64,000 nucleotides of DNA from Candidatus Omnitrophota bacterium. GTDB lineage: Bacteria > Omnitrophota > Gorgyraeia > Tantalellales > Tantalellaceae. Both the position numbers and the translations under genes were made by a program. The stretch's first letter is position 1, and each line of letters starts with the position of its first letter. Shown in pieces: positions 20,470-30,268 of the stretch. The notes under the pieces were generated by a model that searched no databases, had not been told where the DNA came from, and saw nothing but the letters and a program-made list of their open reading frames with translations. The stretch lies in the NCBI GenBank assembly GCA_015231405.1, contig JADGBR010000001.1:283964-347963 (forward strand), written 5' to 3'.

Positions 20470-20655
20470 ATGACCGGTGAAGTAATGAATGTTGATGAAC
20501 TCGCGATATACCTCAAGATGAAAAAACCAACGATATATAAACATGTAGAACAGGAAAGATTGCCTCATTTCAGGGTAGGGGGATCGCTTCGGTTCAGAAA
20601 AAATACCATAGACAAGTGGATCGAAGAACAGGAAAAATGTTCAGTAAGATCCTGA
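20470..20655 (+). CDS. Excisionase/BldC-like MerR-type HTH protein
   Basis: VMNVDELAIYLK...TIYK...LPHFRVGGSLRF...IDKWI. GGAGG SD before ATG 20470. Confidence 0.88.
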   Translation: MTGEVMNVDELAIYLKMKKPTIYKHVEQERLPHFRVGGSLRFRKNTIDKWIEEQEKCSVRS

Positions 20656-20664
20656 TCGATTATT

Positions 20665-22059
20665 ATGGAGGACCAAAAAGAAATTATCTCTAGCACCTCA
20701 GTAAACGGGAAGCGTTTTACCGAGGAAATTTCCCGTCAAATGGATTTTATGGCTGACAAAGACTGGCAAAAGATCGAAGATTGGATGGTTAAAAAGCTCA
20801 AGAAGGGTACCGAAAATCTTCCATTGAACCCGGATCCGGCAGCCCTTCAAAGACATGATCTTGAACTTGATTATCAGGTCATTCTTGAGGAAGCCTCAAG
20901 GAACATGATCCGGTTCAAGAGCCCCGAACATCTTATTAAGATGATAATCCGGACAATAGACGAGCAGGTAAAGACATATCATACCGCGATGCTGGTTTTC
21001 TCCGAAAAAAAGAATTTTTTTATGCTTGTTGATTCAAAAGGGGCCGCAGGAGCAAAAATACCCATAGGTTTTATCCGCCTTAATTATGACAACCCGATGA
21101 TAAGGCTTTTCAGCGAGCGCATTAATTTTAAGATAACCGGCTCAGGCGCCATTAATAAAAAGGAACTGACGCAGCGTTTTAAGGGTGATCCCGAGCTTTC
21201 TGGTAATAAATCACTTACCTCCCTGATCCCTCTCGTCATAAAACAAATGGATCTTTTGAGAGCTGAGGTCAGCGTACCTGTTTATTACAAAAAGAAAATG
21301 CTCGGAATACTGCTTCTCGGCGGGAAAGTCTCCGGGAATGATTTTTCCAGACAGGAGATAAGTTTTTTCACGACTCTTGCCAATGACGTTGCAATGGCGC
21401 TCACCAACGCGCAGCTTATACAGAACCTGAGCGAAAGAGTCGATGAGATACACAAGCTTTACGAGAGAGAGCACCGGATGTTCCTCCATACAGCCATATC
21501 GCTGGCCGCCGCCATAGATGCCAGGGATCCATATACACACGGGCATACGGAAAGGGTCACACGATACGCACAGGCCGTAGCCATAGAGCTGGAAGAGTTA
21601 CCTGAGGCGCGAGACTATTTAAATTTCAAGGAAACTGTCCATGTCGCTTCTCTTTTGCATGACGTAGGAAAGATAGGCGTCCCGGACAGTATATTGAACA
21701 AGCCTACGGCTTTGACAAAAGATGAATATGAAAAAGTAAAGGAACACGCAGTGACCGGGGCTACCATCCTCTCGCCTATAAGGGAGCTCGGGCAGATCGC
21801 CAATGAGATCCGCTCTCATCATGAGAGGTATGACGGTACGGGATACCCTGATAATCTCGCGGGAGACCAGATACCATTTATTTCCAGGATAATAGCCGTT
21901 GCCGACACTTTCGACGCCATGACAAGCGACAGGCCCTACAGGCAGGGGCAAATGAAAGAGATAGCCGTTAAAACCATATTCGACGAGTCTGGAAAACAAT
22001 TTGATCCTATAGTTGTCAGCGCTTTTCTTCTCGCTTACCGGAAAGGACGGGTATCTTAG
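20665..22059 (+). CDS. GAF + HD-GYP cyclic-dinucleotide phosphodiesterase
   Basis: DARDPYTHGH, LLHDVGKIG, HHERYDGTGYP, VADTFDAMTSDRPYR. GAF with LGILLLGGK. Confidence 0.92.
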   Translation: MEDQKEIISSTSVNGKRFTEEISRQMDFMADKDWQKIEDWMVKKLKKGTENLPLNPDPAALQRHDLELDYQVILEEASRNMIRFKSPEHLIKMIIRTIDEQVKTYHTAMLVFSEKKNFFMLVDSKGAAGAKIPIGFIRLNYDNPMIRLFSERINFKITGSGAINKKELTQRFKGDPELSGNKSLTSLIPLVIKQMDLLRAEVSVPVYYKKKMLGILLLGGKVSGNDFSRQEISFFTTLANDVAMALTNAQLIQNLSERVDEIHKLYEREHRMFLHTAISLAAAIDARDPYTHGHTERVTRYAQAVAIELEELPEARDYLNFKETVHVASLLHDVGKIGVPDSILNKPTALTKDEYEKVKEHAVTGATILSPIRELGQIANEIRSHHERYDGTGYPDNLAGDQIPFISRIIAVADTFDAMTSDRPYRQGQMKEIAVKTIFDESGKQFDPIVVSAFLLAYRKGRVS

Positions 22060-22084
22060 AACTCAGACGGTGACATTTAATTGA

Positions 22085-22630
22085 TCATGACACCGTTTGA
22101 ATTGAGAGGAATTCGGATTGATTTTTTGTATTGTTGGAGAAAGAGTGGGATAACGATGCGTCGAAATAGAGAGTGGCGCCCTGCTTTAGAGGATATTTTC
22201 TGCCGTTAATATTGATCTCGATCGCGCCTCGCGTCACATAAATGAATTTTTCGGAGCCGCGGTTATTTCTTTCCTCCTTTGACCCTGATCCCGGGCCTAA
22301 TTTGATAAGCATCGGTAACATTTTCTTATCAAGGGTATTGGAAATAAAAAGCTCCCTGGAGAGATTCTCGGGACCGTTAGAATGTTCGATCATTAGGGCG
22401 TGTTCCGCGGATTCAACTGTTTTCGTCCGGTCTTCCAAATTCCTGTAAAGGTCGGAAAGCGATACGTCTAATGCTTTACAGATCTGTTCATGGGATCCGA
22501 CAGTTCCCGTCATGCGGCCGTTTTCCATACGGCTGAGGGTCGCAATGGCTACGCCGCTTTTATTGGAAAGTTCTAAAAGGGTTAACCTTTTCTTTTTTCG
22601 GAGTTCCTTTAATGTGTGCCCAAGTTCCAT
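22085..22630 (-). CDS. XRE-family HTH regulator with C-terminal cupin
   Basis: LKELRKKKRLTLLELSNKSGVAIATLSRMENG; cupin GSEKFIYVTRG...LYFDASLSHSF. Confidence 0.92.
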   Translation of the reverse strand: MELGHTLKELRKKKRLTLLELSNKSGVAIATLSRMENGRMTGTVGSHEQICKALDVSLSDLYRNLEDRTKTVESAEHALMIEHSNGPENLSRELFISNTLDKKMLPMLIKLGPGSGSKEERNNRGSEKFIYVTRGAIEININGRKYPLKQGATLYFDASLSHSFSNNTKNQSEFLSIQTVS

Positions 22631-22636
22631 GCCGAT

Positions 22637-22665
22637 ATTATACTGGATTTTTAATAATGGTACAA
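22637..22665 (-). promoter_or_regulatory. Sigma70 promoter of the XRE-cupin gene (leaderless geometry)
   Basis: On the - strand: TTGTAC-17 bp-TATAAT-6 nt-ATG. Confidence 0.7.
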
Positions 22666-22821
22666 TTATCTTTATTAAAAATCAACATATCGCTTTCTAA
22701 AATAATTAAAAATCGTCATAAATATTTGTTTTTAATAAAAGCTTTATATATACTTTATAAAAAATTATATTCTAACTTTTTTAAACGTAAGTTACAGGTC
22801 TTGGAGCTCTAGGAGGTTCAA

Positions 22822-23010
22822 ATGGATAAGGGAGTGATGACCGTAAAAGAGGTAGCCGATTATTTGGGGCTGTCGACTATTTCCATATACAAGCACGCAC
22901 AGAAAGGTGATCTTCCGGCGTTCAAGATAGGTAATTCATGGCGTTTTAAAAGGGACTCTATCGACCGCTGGATAACTGATGATGAGCAAAGCCGTGGAAG
23001 ACTTCGTTAG
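22822..23010 (+). CDS. Second excisionase/BldC-like HTH protein
   Basis: VMTVKEVADYLGLSTISIYK...LPAFKIGNSWRF...IDRWI. AGGAGG SD. Confidence 0.9.
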   Translation: MDKGVMTVKEVADYLGLSTISIYKHAQKGDLPAFKIGNSWRFKRDSIDRWITDDEQSRGRLR

Positions 23011-23045
23011 CATCCCGCGGTATTTTTTAAAAAAAAGGAGAAAAG

Positions 23046-24416
23046 ATGTATTTTGATATTGCAAAGATCGATGAACGGACCACCCCGAGGATAGATGCAT
23101 CATTAGGTTTCAGGGCGGATAAGATCAGCGGTCGTACGATCAATTTTAACGAGGAAGGAATATGTTTCTCTTCTCTGGAACCACTTGATAATGATATTTT
23201 CAGGGGGGTATTCATTGTCGGAGGGAAAAAAATAGATATCCCGATGAAAAAGGTCTGGGGTCGGCTGGAACAGGAGACCATGAAATATGTCTACGGAGCC
23301 AGATATCTGGATATTGTTCCCGTGGGTGCGCAGATCATCCGCAGGGAATGGATAATGAAAAAGATGAGGAATTATCTCAGTTCCATAAAAGACCGCGCGG
23401 AAAAGAAGATCGTGCTCTCATTTAGCAGGGAATTGATAATGTACATTCTCAGCCTTAACGATGTTTCTCTGAAGATCTCGAGTTCGGCTCTCGATATAAA
23501 TGCCGCTGACAAAAACGTTAAGTCTCTGACCGACGGATTCATGCAAAGAGCGGATGATTATATGAGAAAGATACGGAACAGGCCACTCGTAAATAAAGTA
23601 ATGGAGGAATTTCGTGAACTTACCGCTCCGTGGGCTTATAAAGCGTATATTGTTAAACGTTCTTTCGATAAGCCGAGAGGGTACCCGGGCGATTACAGGA
23701 TAATGGAATATATTTACGACGAGACCATTATGTCAAAGGATATCGGTCACTCTTTCGACCGTTATTTCCAGGGAAATGAATACGCGGTTTGCGTGAGGAA
23801 AAGGAAAGACCATATGAGGGAACATCTTAAAAAGGCCATTTCATTGTCGGATAAGAAAGGCTTTAAGGTTCTAAATATAGCCTGCGGTTCGTGCAGGGAG
23901 ATGCGAGAGCTCCTCTCGGATAAAATGTTCGTACACGATAACGGTCTCGTGGATAAGAATATAGAGTTCCATCTGCTCGATCAGGACACGGAAGCTCTTG
24001 GGTTTTCTATCTCATGTCTGGAGAAATATGACCACATCGTGAATATATCGACCCACGGGAACGAGATATTAGACCTTATTAAAGGCGTGAGCATTGACAG
24101 CCGTCCGAATTCCTTCGATATTATGTACACGATAGGCCTGGCTGATTATTTACCGGACAGGGTGTTGGGCAATTTTATTTCGGCATGTTTTGATAAATAC
24201 CTTTCGCCGGGCGGAGAGTTCGTGCTGGCGCATAAGGACATCTCAAGGTATAAACCGCTCGCGGCCAACTGGTTTTGCGATTGGAAATTCTATTCGCGGG
24301 AGAAATCCGATCTGAACGGTCTTATAACGAAATATTTGCCTCACGGAGAATACGATCTATCTTATGAACGCGATAAGACCGGGATCATTATTTTCGCCAT
24401 GATCAAAAAGAAATAA
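23046..24416 (+). CDS. PilZ-domain class I SAM-dependent methyltransferase (PhcB-like)
   Basis: N-terminal RTTPR...NFNEEG (PilZ-like RxxxR / NxSxxG variant), KPRGYPGDY, SAM motif VLNIACGSCRE, LLDQD, GLADYL, LSPGG. Confidence 0.75.
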   Translation: MYFDIAKIDERTTPRIDASLGFRADKISGRTINFNEEGICFSSLEPLDNDIFRGVFIVGGKKIDIPMKKVWGRLEQETMKYVYGARYLDIVPVGAQIIRREWIMKKMRNYLSSIKDRAEKKIVLSFSRELIMYILSLNDVSLKISSSALDINAADKNVKSLTDGFMQRADDYMRKIRNRPLVNKVMEEFRELTAPWAYKAYIVKRSFDKPRGYPGDYRIMEYIYDETIMSKDIGHSFDRYFQGNEYAVCVRKRKDHMREHLKKAISLSDKKGFKVLNIACGSCREMRELLSDKMFVHDNGLVDKNIEFHLLDQDTEALGFSISCLEKYDHIVNISTHGNEILDLIKGVSIDSRPNSFDIMYTIGLADYLPDRVLGNFISACFDKYLSPGGEFVLAHKDISRYKPLAANWFCDWKFYSREKSDLNGLITKYLPHGEYDLSYERDKTGIIIFAMIKKK

Positions 24417-24421
24417 TTAAC

Positions 24422-26536
24422 ATGAACTACTTCGCATTCAGCGGTTTGGTCAACTTTATTGCCTGTGCGTTCCTAGGCGTATTTGTCTTTAATCAGAACA
24501 GGAAAAACCCGCAGAATATATCCTATTTTATCCTGAACGTCAGTGTCGCCGTATACAGTATAGGGTATTTTCTCTGGCAGATAGACTACCTCGGCGAAAG
24601 CGTTATATGGTTCAAGGTCCTGGTCGCCGGGATCATCCTGATCAACCCGTCATATCTTCTTTTCGTGTTCATTTTTCTGAATATCATCAGAAAAAAAACC
24701 CCGACCCTTCTGGTAATAGCCCTCGTTAACATTTTCTTTATCGCCGCCTGTGTGAAGGAATCTCTATGGTCAGGTTTCGTTCCTAAATTCGGCCTGGGGT
24801 TGTGGCCAGTACCCAGCAGGTTGTTTAGCCTATATCTTGTATTCTGGGCATTCCAATGTCTATACGGTTTTTACTATCTTGGCAAGAACCTCCGCGTGGG
24901 ATCACATAAGAGACGTCTTCAGATAAGGTACTTCACGATAGCTGCGTTCGTCGGATTCATAGGAGGTGCGACTAACTGGCCTATGTGGTATGGTCTCTAT
25001 TTCCCGCCATACCCTAACATCCTTATTTCACTATATATAGCTATAGTCGCGTACGCCATTGTGAGACACGAACTCATGGATATCGAGATCATCGTGAAAA
25101 GATCCATTGTTTTCGCCGGGCTTTTCTTTGTGTTGTATTCCGTATTTTCGCTGATAGTTTATATCAGCTCTTTGTCTTATGTCCGTTTTACGGATAACAG
25201 GTTCGTTTCTATCATCCCGTCGGTCATCATAATCATCATAATGTTCAGGCCTCTCGAGAAATACCTTATAAAGATCACCGATAATTACCTATTCCAGAAG
25301 AGATACGATTACAAGGTCCTTTTGAGGTCATTCACAAACAACCTGTTGTCCATAATGGACCTTAAAAAACTTATCATTACAGCGGAAGAACAGATAACCA
25401 GTATCGTGAGGATCTCTAACGCTGCTATCCTGGTATACGACCGCCATACGGATATCTTCAGCCTTTTTGCCGGTGCGGGCGACCTGAAGAATAAAGCTTT
25501 CACTCTGAAGAATACGGCCGAATTGTGGGACTATATTTTGAGGAAAGACGCTTATGCCGTGATAAGCAGCGAAAATAAGGAAAGGGATGATATCCCGGTG
25601 ATACTGGTTGACCTTATCAAGAGTCTCAACTCATCGCTCATAATCCCGCTTATATATCAGAATGACGTTCTTGGGATATTATCGCTTGGAATGAAATTAT
25701 CTGACGAGGAGTACTCACAGGAGGATATAGACATTCTTGTTCCCGTGTCCATAACACTTTCCATAGCGATAGCTAACGCGAAGCTTTTCGAGCAGCTATC
25801 GGAGACACAGGCTCAGGCGGCGCAGCGCGAGAAAATGGCTGTGGTCGGCACTCTTTCGGCTGGTATTAACCATGAGATATGCAACCCGCTTGGAATAATA
25901 AGGGGGCAATGCGAGGCGTTCATGCTGAACTATCAGGGGGGTTTTTACAAGAACAAAAGCGACAAGGAACTTTTAACGCGTTCGCTCGAGATCATGACAA
26001 AAGTGATCAGGGAGACAGAAAGGGCCTCCTCGATAACTCAAAAGCTATCCAGTTTTGCTAAGCCCTCAAAAGGTCAAATGAGCGCGTCGGTCTCAATTAA
26101 GAAGGAGTTGAAGGAGGTCATTGCTCTTGTTGAGCACGAACTCAAGATAAGCAATATCGAATTGAAAGACAATGTTCCGGATGATCTTCCAAGGATAACG
26201 ATAGACACAAAACAGCTCCAGGAGATACTATTCAATCTGATAAGCAACGCGGCCCAGGCTATAGTCGAGAACGGCGAGATAGAGATAAGCGGGACTTATG
26301 ACGCAGATAAAGTTACCATAAGGATATCCGACAACGGCCCGGGGATCAGAGAGGAAATACTGAAGAAAATATTTGAGCCCTTCTTTACGACAAAGGATCC
26401 CGGTAAAGGTACAGGACTGGGACTCTTCATTGTGAAGCAGATAATCGAAAAAAACAGCGGGATCATAACAGTTAACAGCGAGACGGGAAAAGGGACCGTT
26501 TTTTTGGTAATGTTCCCGTTCGTTGAAGGAGCTTGA
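24422..26536 (+). CDS. Multi-TM (HisKA_7TM-like) GAF sensor histidine kinase
   Basis: Hydrophobic N-terminal ~280 aa, GAF, H-box GINHEICNPL, NLISNA, DNGPG, FEPFFTTK, GTGLGL. Confidence 0.93.
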   Translation: MNYFAFSGLVNFIACAFLGVFVFNQNRKNPQNISYFILNVSVAVYSIGYFLWQIDYLGESVIWFKVLVAGIILINPSYLLFVFIFLNIIRKKTPTLLVIALVNIFFIAACVKESLWSGFVPKFGLGLWPVPSRLFSLYLVFWAFQCLYGFYYLGKNLRVGSHKRRLQIRYFTIAAFVGFIGGATNWPMWYGLYFPPYPNILISLYIAIVAYAIVRHELMDIEIIVKRSIVFAGLFFVLYSVFSLIVYISSLSYVRFTDNRFVSIIPSVIIIIIMFRPLEKYLIKITDNYLFQKRYDYKVLLRSFTNNLLSIMDLKKLIITAEEQITSIVRISNAAILVYDRHTDIFSLFAGAGDLKNKAFTLKNTAELWDYILRKDAYAVISSENKERDDIPVILVDLIKSLNSSLIIPLIYQNDVLGILSLGMKLSDEEYSQEDIDILVPVSITLSIAIANAKLFEQLSETQAQAAQREKMAVVGTLSAGINHEICNPLGIIRGQCEAFMLNYQGGFYKNKSDKELLTRSLEIMTKVIRETERASSITQKLSSFAKPSKGQMSASVSIKKELKEVIALVEHELKISNIELKDNVPDDLPRITIDTKQLQEILFNLISNAAQAIVENGEIEISGTYDADKVTIRISDNGPGIREEILKKIFEPFFTTKDPGKGTGLGLFIVKQIIEKNSGIITVNSETGKGTVFLVMFPFVEGA

Positions 26537-26539
26537 ACT

Positions 26540-26914
26540 ATGGATAAACCGAAAATTCTAGCTATAGACGACGAAGACAATTACACCGAGATATTTGAGG
26601 AATATTTCAGCCTTCGGGGATATGATATCCGGGTCGAAACTGATCCTCGTAAGGCCATCGGATTTATCGGGAATGAACGGTTCGATGTCATCCTTGTGGA
26701 CCTTAAAATGGGGGGTGTTTCCGGGCAGGATATATTAAAAAAGGTGAGGGATACGGATGATCGGACCAAGGTCATAATTATAACAGCGTACATTCTGTCA
26801 GGAAAATCCAAACAGGAACTTTATGATCTCGGAGCTTACTCGATCAACAGTAAACCCATTAATAGCCTTGAAGAACTCGAGAACACCGTGAACAAAGCCT
26901 ATTCGGGGAATTAG
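26540..26914 (+). CDS. Single-domain response regulator (CheY-like)
   Basis: ILAIDDE, ILVDLKM, IITAY, KP. Confidence 0.92.
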   Translation: MDKPKILAIDDEDNYTEIFEEYFSLRGYDIRVETDPRKAIGFIGNERFDVILVDLKMGGVSGQDILKKVRDTDDRTKVIIITAYILSGKSKQELYDLGAYSINSKPINSLEELENTVNKAYSGN

Positions 26915-26973
26915 GATGCGGCACGATAAGCAGGGGACTCTTCGAAAGTAATCCACTCTGTTGCACCAAGGAG

Positions 26974-27002
26974 TTGTACAACCCTAACCGATATGTTAAA
27001 AT
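26974..27002 (+). promoter_or_regulatory. Sigma70 promoter of uvrA (extended -10, leaderless geometry)
   Basis: TTGTAC-17 bp-TAAAAT with TG extension, 7 nt before ATG 27010, no SD. Confidence 0.6.
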
Positions 27003-27009
27003 TACCCTC

Positions 27010-29799
27010 ATGAAGAAAGGTTACATAATCGTTAAGGGAGCTAAAGAGCATAACCTCAAGAATATCGACGTGAAGATACCAAGGGACACCCTTTGCGTTG
27101 TTACGGGTCTTTCGGGGTCGGGCAAGTCATCATTGGCTTTCGACACAATATATGCGGAAGGTCAAAGGCGTTATGTAGAATCCCTGTCAAGTTACGCGAG
27201 ACAATTCATTGACCAGCTCCAGAAGCCCAAAGTAGATCTTATCGAGGGGCTTTCGCCGTCCATAAGCATAGAGCAGCGGACAAGCGCTAAAAATCCCAGG
27301 TCAACGGTCGGAACACAGACCGAGATATATGATTACTTGAGGGTATTGTTCGCGAGGATAGGAGTTCAGTTATGCCCGAAATGCGGCCGTGAAGTTTCGG
27401 CGCAGAGCTCCCAGGAGATCGTGGAGAGGATACTGGGTCTTCCCCAAGGTGCAAAGATAACTCTTTTAGCCCCGATCGTTACCGGAAGGAAAGGCGAGCA
27501 TGTCGAAGAGCTTAAGAACATAAGGAAGAACGGCATAATCAGGGTCAGGCTCGACGGAGCTATCATCGAGATCGGTGATAAGATACCATCGCTCGACAAA
27601 AAGAGAAAGCATACCATCGAAGCGGTTATCGACAGGCTGGTGATCAGGGACGACGTGAGGTCAAGGTTGTCCGAATCGGTCGAGACAGGATTAAAATTAG
27701 GGTCCGGAGTTATCACCGTTAACAGTCTGGATGGTCCATCCGCCATCGGGAATGATATTTTATTCAGCGAAAATAACACATGCCATAAATGCGGTTTGAG
27801 CTTTGAAAAGCTCGCTCCTCGTAATTTTTCTTTCAATAGCCCTTATGGGGCTTGTCCCGCGTGCGCAGGGATGGGCAATAAGCAGGAAATAGACCCGGAA
27901 CTTGTCGTTCCCGATAGGACAGAGACCGTTATAAGAGCCTTTTCTCCGTGGAAAAAAGGCGGGAAAGGACTTGTGCTGTATTACAGAAAAGAGATACGCA
28001 CGTTCGCAAGATACCACGGCATAGACGTCGAGCAGCCTTATGAAAAACTGACCCAGGATATGAAAGATCGTTTTCTTTTCGGCGATCCGGAATCGGGTTT
28101 TGAGGGAGTCATACCTAACCTTGGGAGACGCTTCCATTCAACCGAAAGCGAGTATATCAAGGAAATGATCGAAGGTTATATGTCGATACATCCGTGCCCT
28201 GAGTGTAACGGAAAAAGGCTCAAACCCGAATCTCTGGCTGTCTACATAAACGGGAAAAACATCTTCGATGTAACTGATTTTTCCATACGCGCAGCGGGTT
28301 CTTTTCTGGCTGCACTTCGGCTTGACCCTGTAGAGAAAAAAATTTCGGAGGAGGTCCTTAAAGAAATTAAAGGGCGGCTCGATTTTCTGACAAATGTAGG
28401 GCTGGAATACCTGACGCTGGCCCGGAAAAGCAACACACTTTCCGGCGGAGAAGACCAGCGGATCCGGCTTGCCACACAGATAGGTTCCGCACTCGTCGGG
28501 GTTTTGTATGTACTTGATGAACCCAGTATAGGCCTTCACCAGAAGGACAACGATAAGCTTCTGGATACTTTGATAGCGCTCCGGGATCTGGGCAATACTT
28601 TGATAGTGGTGGAACACGACGAGGCTACCATAAGGAAGGCGGACCACATCATAGATCTTGGACCTGGAGCCGGTGAAAAAGGAGGAGAGGTCGTAGGGGA
28701 AGGCGCACTCAAGGATATCCTGGATAATCCCGAATCGCTTACGGGCAAGTATCTGAGGGGCGAATACAAGATCGACGTTCCGGCGGAGCGCAGGCAATCG
28801 GACAAGAAAAAAACTCTCACCATTCAGGGAGCGAGGGAGCATAACCTTAAGAACATTGACATAGATATCCCCCTGGGGGTCTTCAATTGCGTTACCGGAG
28901 TGTCAGGTTCGGGCAAAAGCACGCTTATACATGATATCCTTTACAAAGCTCTTTCATCGAGAATATACGGCTCTAAAGATATTCCGGGTAAACACAAAAG
29001 CTTGAAAGGTATCGGCAACATAGATAAGGTCATAGTCATTGACCAGTCCCCGATAGGAAGGACTCCCAGGTCCAATCCGGTCACATACACCGGGTGTTTC
29101 GACCACATTCGGAAACTTTTTAGCTCTTTACCGGGCTCCAAAATGAAAGGATTTGAGCCCGGGAGATTCAGTTTTAACGTCAAAGGCGGACGCTGCGAAT
29201 CCTGTTCCGGGGACGGCGTGAGAAAGATAGAAATGCATTTTCTTCCCGATGTTTATGTCACTTGTCAGGTATGTTCGGGGAAAAGGTTCAACGACCAGAC
29301 GCTCGAGATCCGTTACAAGGGTCTCAATATCGCAGATGTTCTTGATCTTAGCGTCGAGGACGCGATAAAGGTATTTGAGAATGTGCCGCAGATAAAGAAT
29401 AAATTATTGACCTTGTACGAAGTAGGTCTCGGGTATATACGTTTGGGGCAGCAGGCCACCACTTTATCTGGAGGGGAGGCCCAAAGGATAAAATTGTCGG
29501 CGGAACTTTCAAAAACCGCTACCGGGAAGACCCTGTATTTGCTGGATGAGCCTACGACCGGTTTGCATTTCGCCGACATACATAAACTGCTTTTGGTCCT
29601 GCAAAAATTAGTGTCGGCTGGAAATACGGTACTTGTCATAGAACATAACCTGGATGTTATTAAATCCGCGGACCATATAATCGACCTCGGTCCCGGAGGA
29701 GGGGACGACGGTGGAGAGGTCGTCGCTTCCGGAACCCCGGAAGAAGTCGCGAAAGTGACCCTATCTTACACGGGCCAGTATTTGAAAAATGTTTTATAA
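27010..29799 (+). CDS. uvrA: Excinuclease ABC subunit A
   Basis: [24 protein letters not shown], Zn fingers, two LSGGE signatures, [10 protein letters not shown]. Confidence 0.98.
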   Translation: MKKGYIIVKGAKEHNLKNIDVKIPRDTLCVVTGLSGSGKSSLAFDTIYAEGQRRYVESLSSYARQFIDQLQKPKVDLIEGLSPSISIEQRTSAKNPRSTVGTQTEIYDYLRVLFARIGVQLCPKCGREVSAQSSQEIVERILGLPQGAKITLLAPIVTGRKGEHVEELKNIRKNGIIRVRLDGAIIEIGDKIPSLDKKRKHTIEAVIDRLVIRDDVRSRLSESVETGLKLGSGVITVNSLDGPSAIGNDILFSENNTCHKCGLSFEKLAPRNFSFNSPYGACPACAGMGNKQEIDPELVVPDRTETVIRAFSPWKKGGKGLVLYYRKEIRTFARYHGIDVEQPYEKLTQDMKDRFLFGDPESGFEGVIPNLGRRFHSTESEYIKEMIEGYMSIHPCPECNGKRLKPESLAVYINGKNIFDVTDFSIRAAGSFLAALRLDPVEKKISEEVLKEIKGRLDFLTNVGLEYLTLARKSNTLSGGEDQRIRLATQIGSALVGVLYVLDEPSIGLHQKDNDKLLDTLIALRDLGNTLIVVEHDEATIRKADHIIDLGPGAGEKGGEVVGEGALKDILDNPESLTGKYLRGEYKIDVPAERRQSDKKKTLTIQGAREHNLKNIDIDIPLGVFNCVTGVSGSGKSTLIHDILYKALSSRIYGSKDIPGKHKSLKGIGNIDKVIVIDQSPIGRTPRSNPVTYTGCFDHIRKLFSSLPGSKMKGFEPGRFSFNVKGGRCESCSGDGVRKIEMHFLPDVYVTCQVCSGKRFNDQTLEIRYKGLNIADVLDLSVEDAIKVFENVPQIKNKLLTLYEVGLGYIRLGQQATTLSGGEAQRIKLSAELSKTATGKTLYLLDEPTTGLHFADIHKLLLVLQKLVSAGNTVLVIEHNLDVIKSADHIIDLGPGGGDDGGEVVASGTPEEVAKVTLSYTGQYLKNVL

Positions 29800-29825
29800 T
29801 TTACAACAATTAAAGGACCGGAATT

Positions 29826-30251
29826 ATGATAAAAACGACCATAGGCGATATAATGACCGAACATGTCGTAAAAATATCGGATAACGCTAAGATAATGCAC
29901 GCCGCTCATATACTTTTACGGTTCAGGATAAACGGTGTCCTTATAGTCAGCTCTAAAAACGCGAACGAGATAAAAGGCGTCGTCACGACGACCGATCTTC
30001 TTAAAGTTCTTGATGAGTGTCTCCACGAAAAGGATAACTGGGAAGAGAAACTTGAGACGATATCATTAAAACCCGTGACAGCCATAGCTTCACACAGCGT
30101 TGTATCGGTCCAGAAGACTGATGGGATCCTTGTGGCTCTGGACCTTATGCATAAAAAAAGGATACATACGATACCGGTTTATGACGGCGATAAGCTTGTA
30201 GGGATCGTGGGGCGTCACGATATTATTAATATCGCTTTCTATGTGAGTTGA
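29826..30251 (+). CDS. CBS-domain pair protein
   Basis: IGDIMTEHVV...GVVTTTDL; IHTIPVYDGDKLVGIVGRHDI. Confidence 0.88.
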   Translation: MIKTTIGDIMTEHVVKISDNAKIMHAAHILLRFRINGVLIVSSKNANEIKGVVTTTDLLKVLDECLHEKDNWEEKLETISLKPVTAIASHSVVSVQKTDGILVALDLMHKKRIHTIPVYDGDKLVGIVGRHDIINIAFYVS

Positions 30252-30268
30252 CGACGACTTGTGGGATT

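Noticed and set aside
20428-22775. Similar TTTATAAAAAA...CTAAC stretches upstream of both HTH genes
   Set aside because: The sequence is too AT-rich and low in complexity to call a shared operator without statistics.
20398-23010. Excisionase-like genes as a prophage or ICE remnant
   Set aside because: I saw no integrase, att-like repeat or phage genes, and the neighbours are signalling genes.
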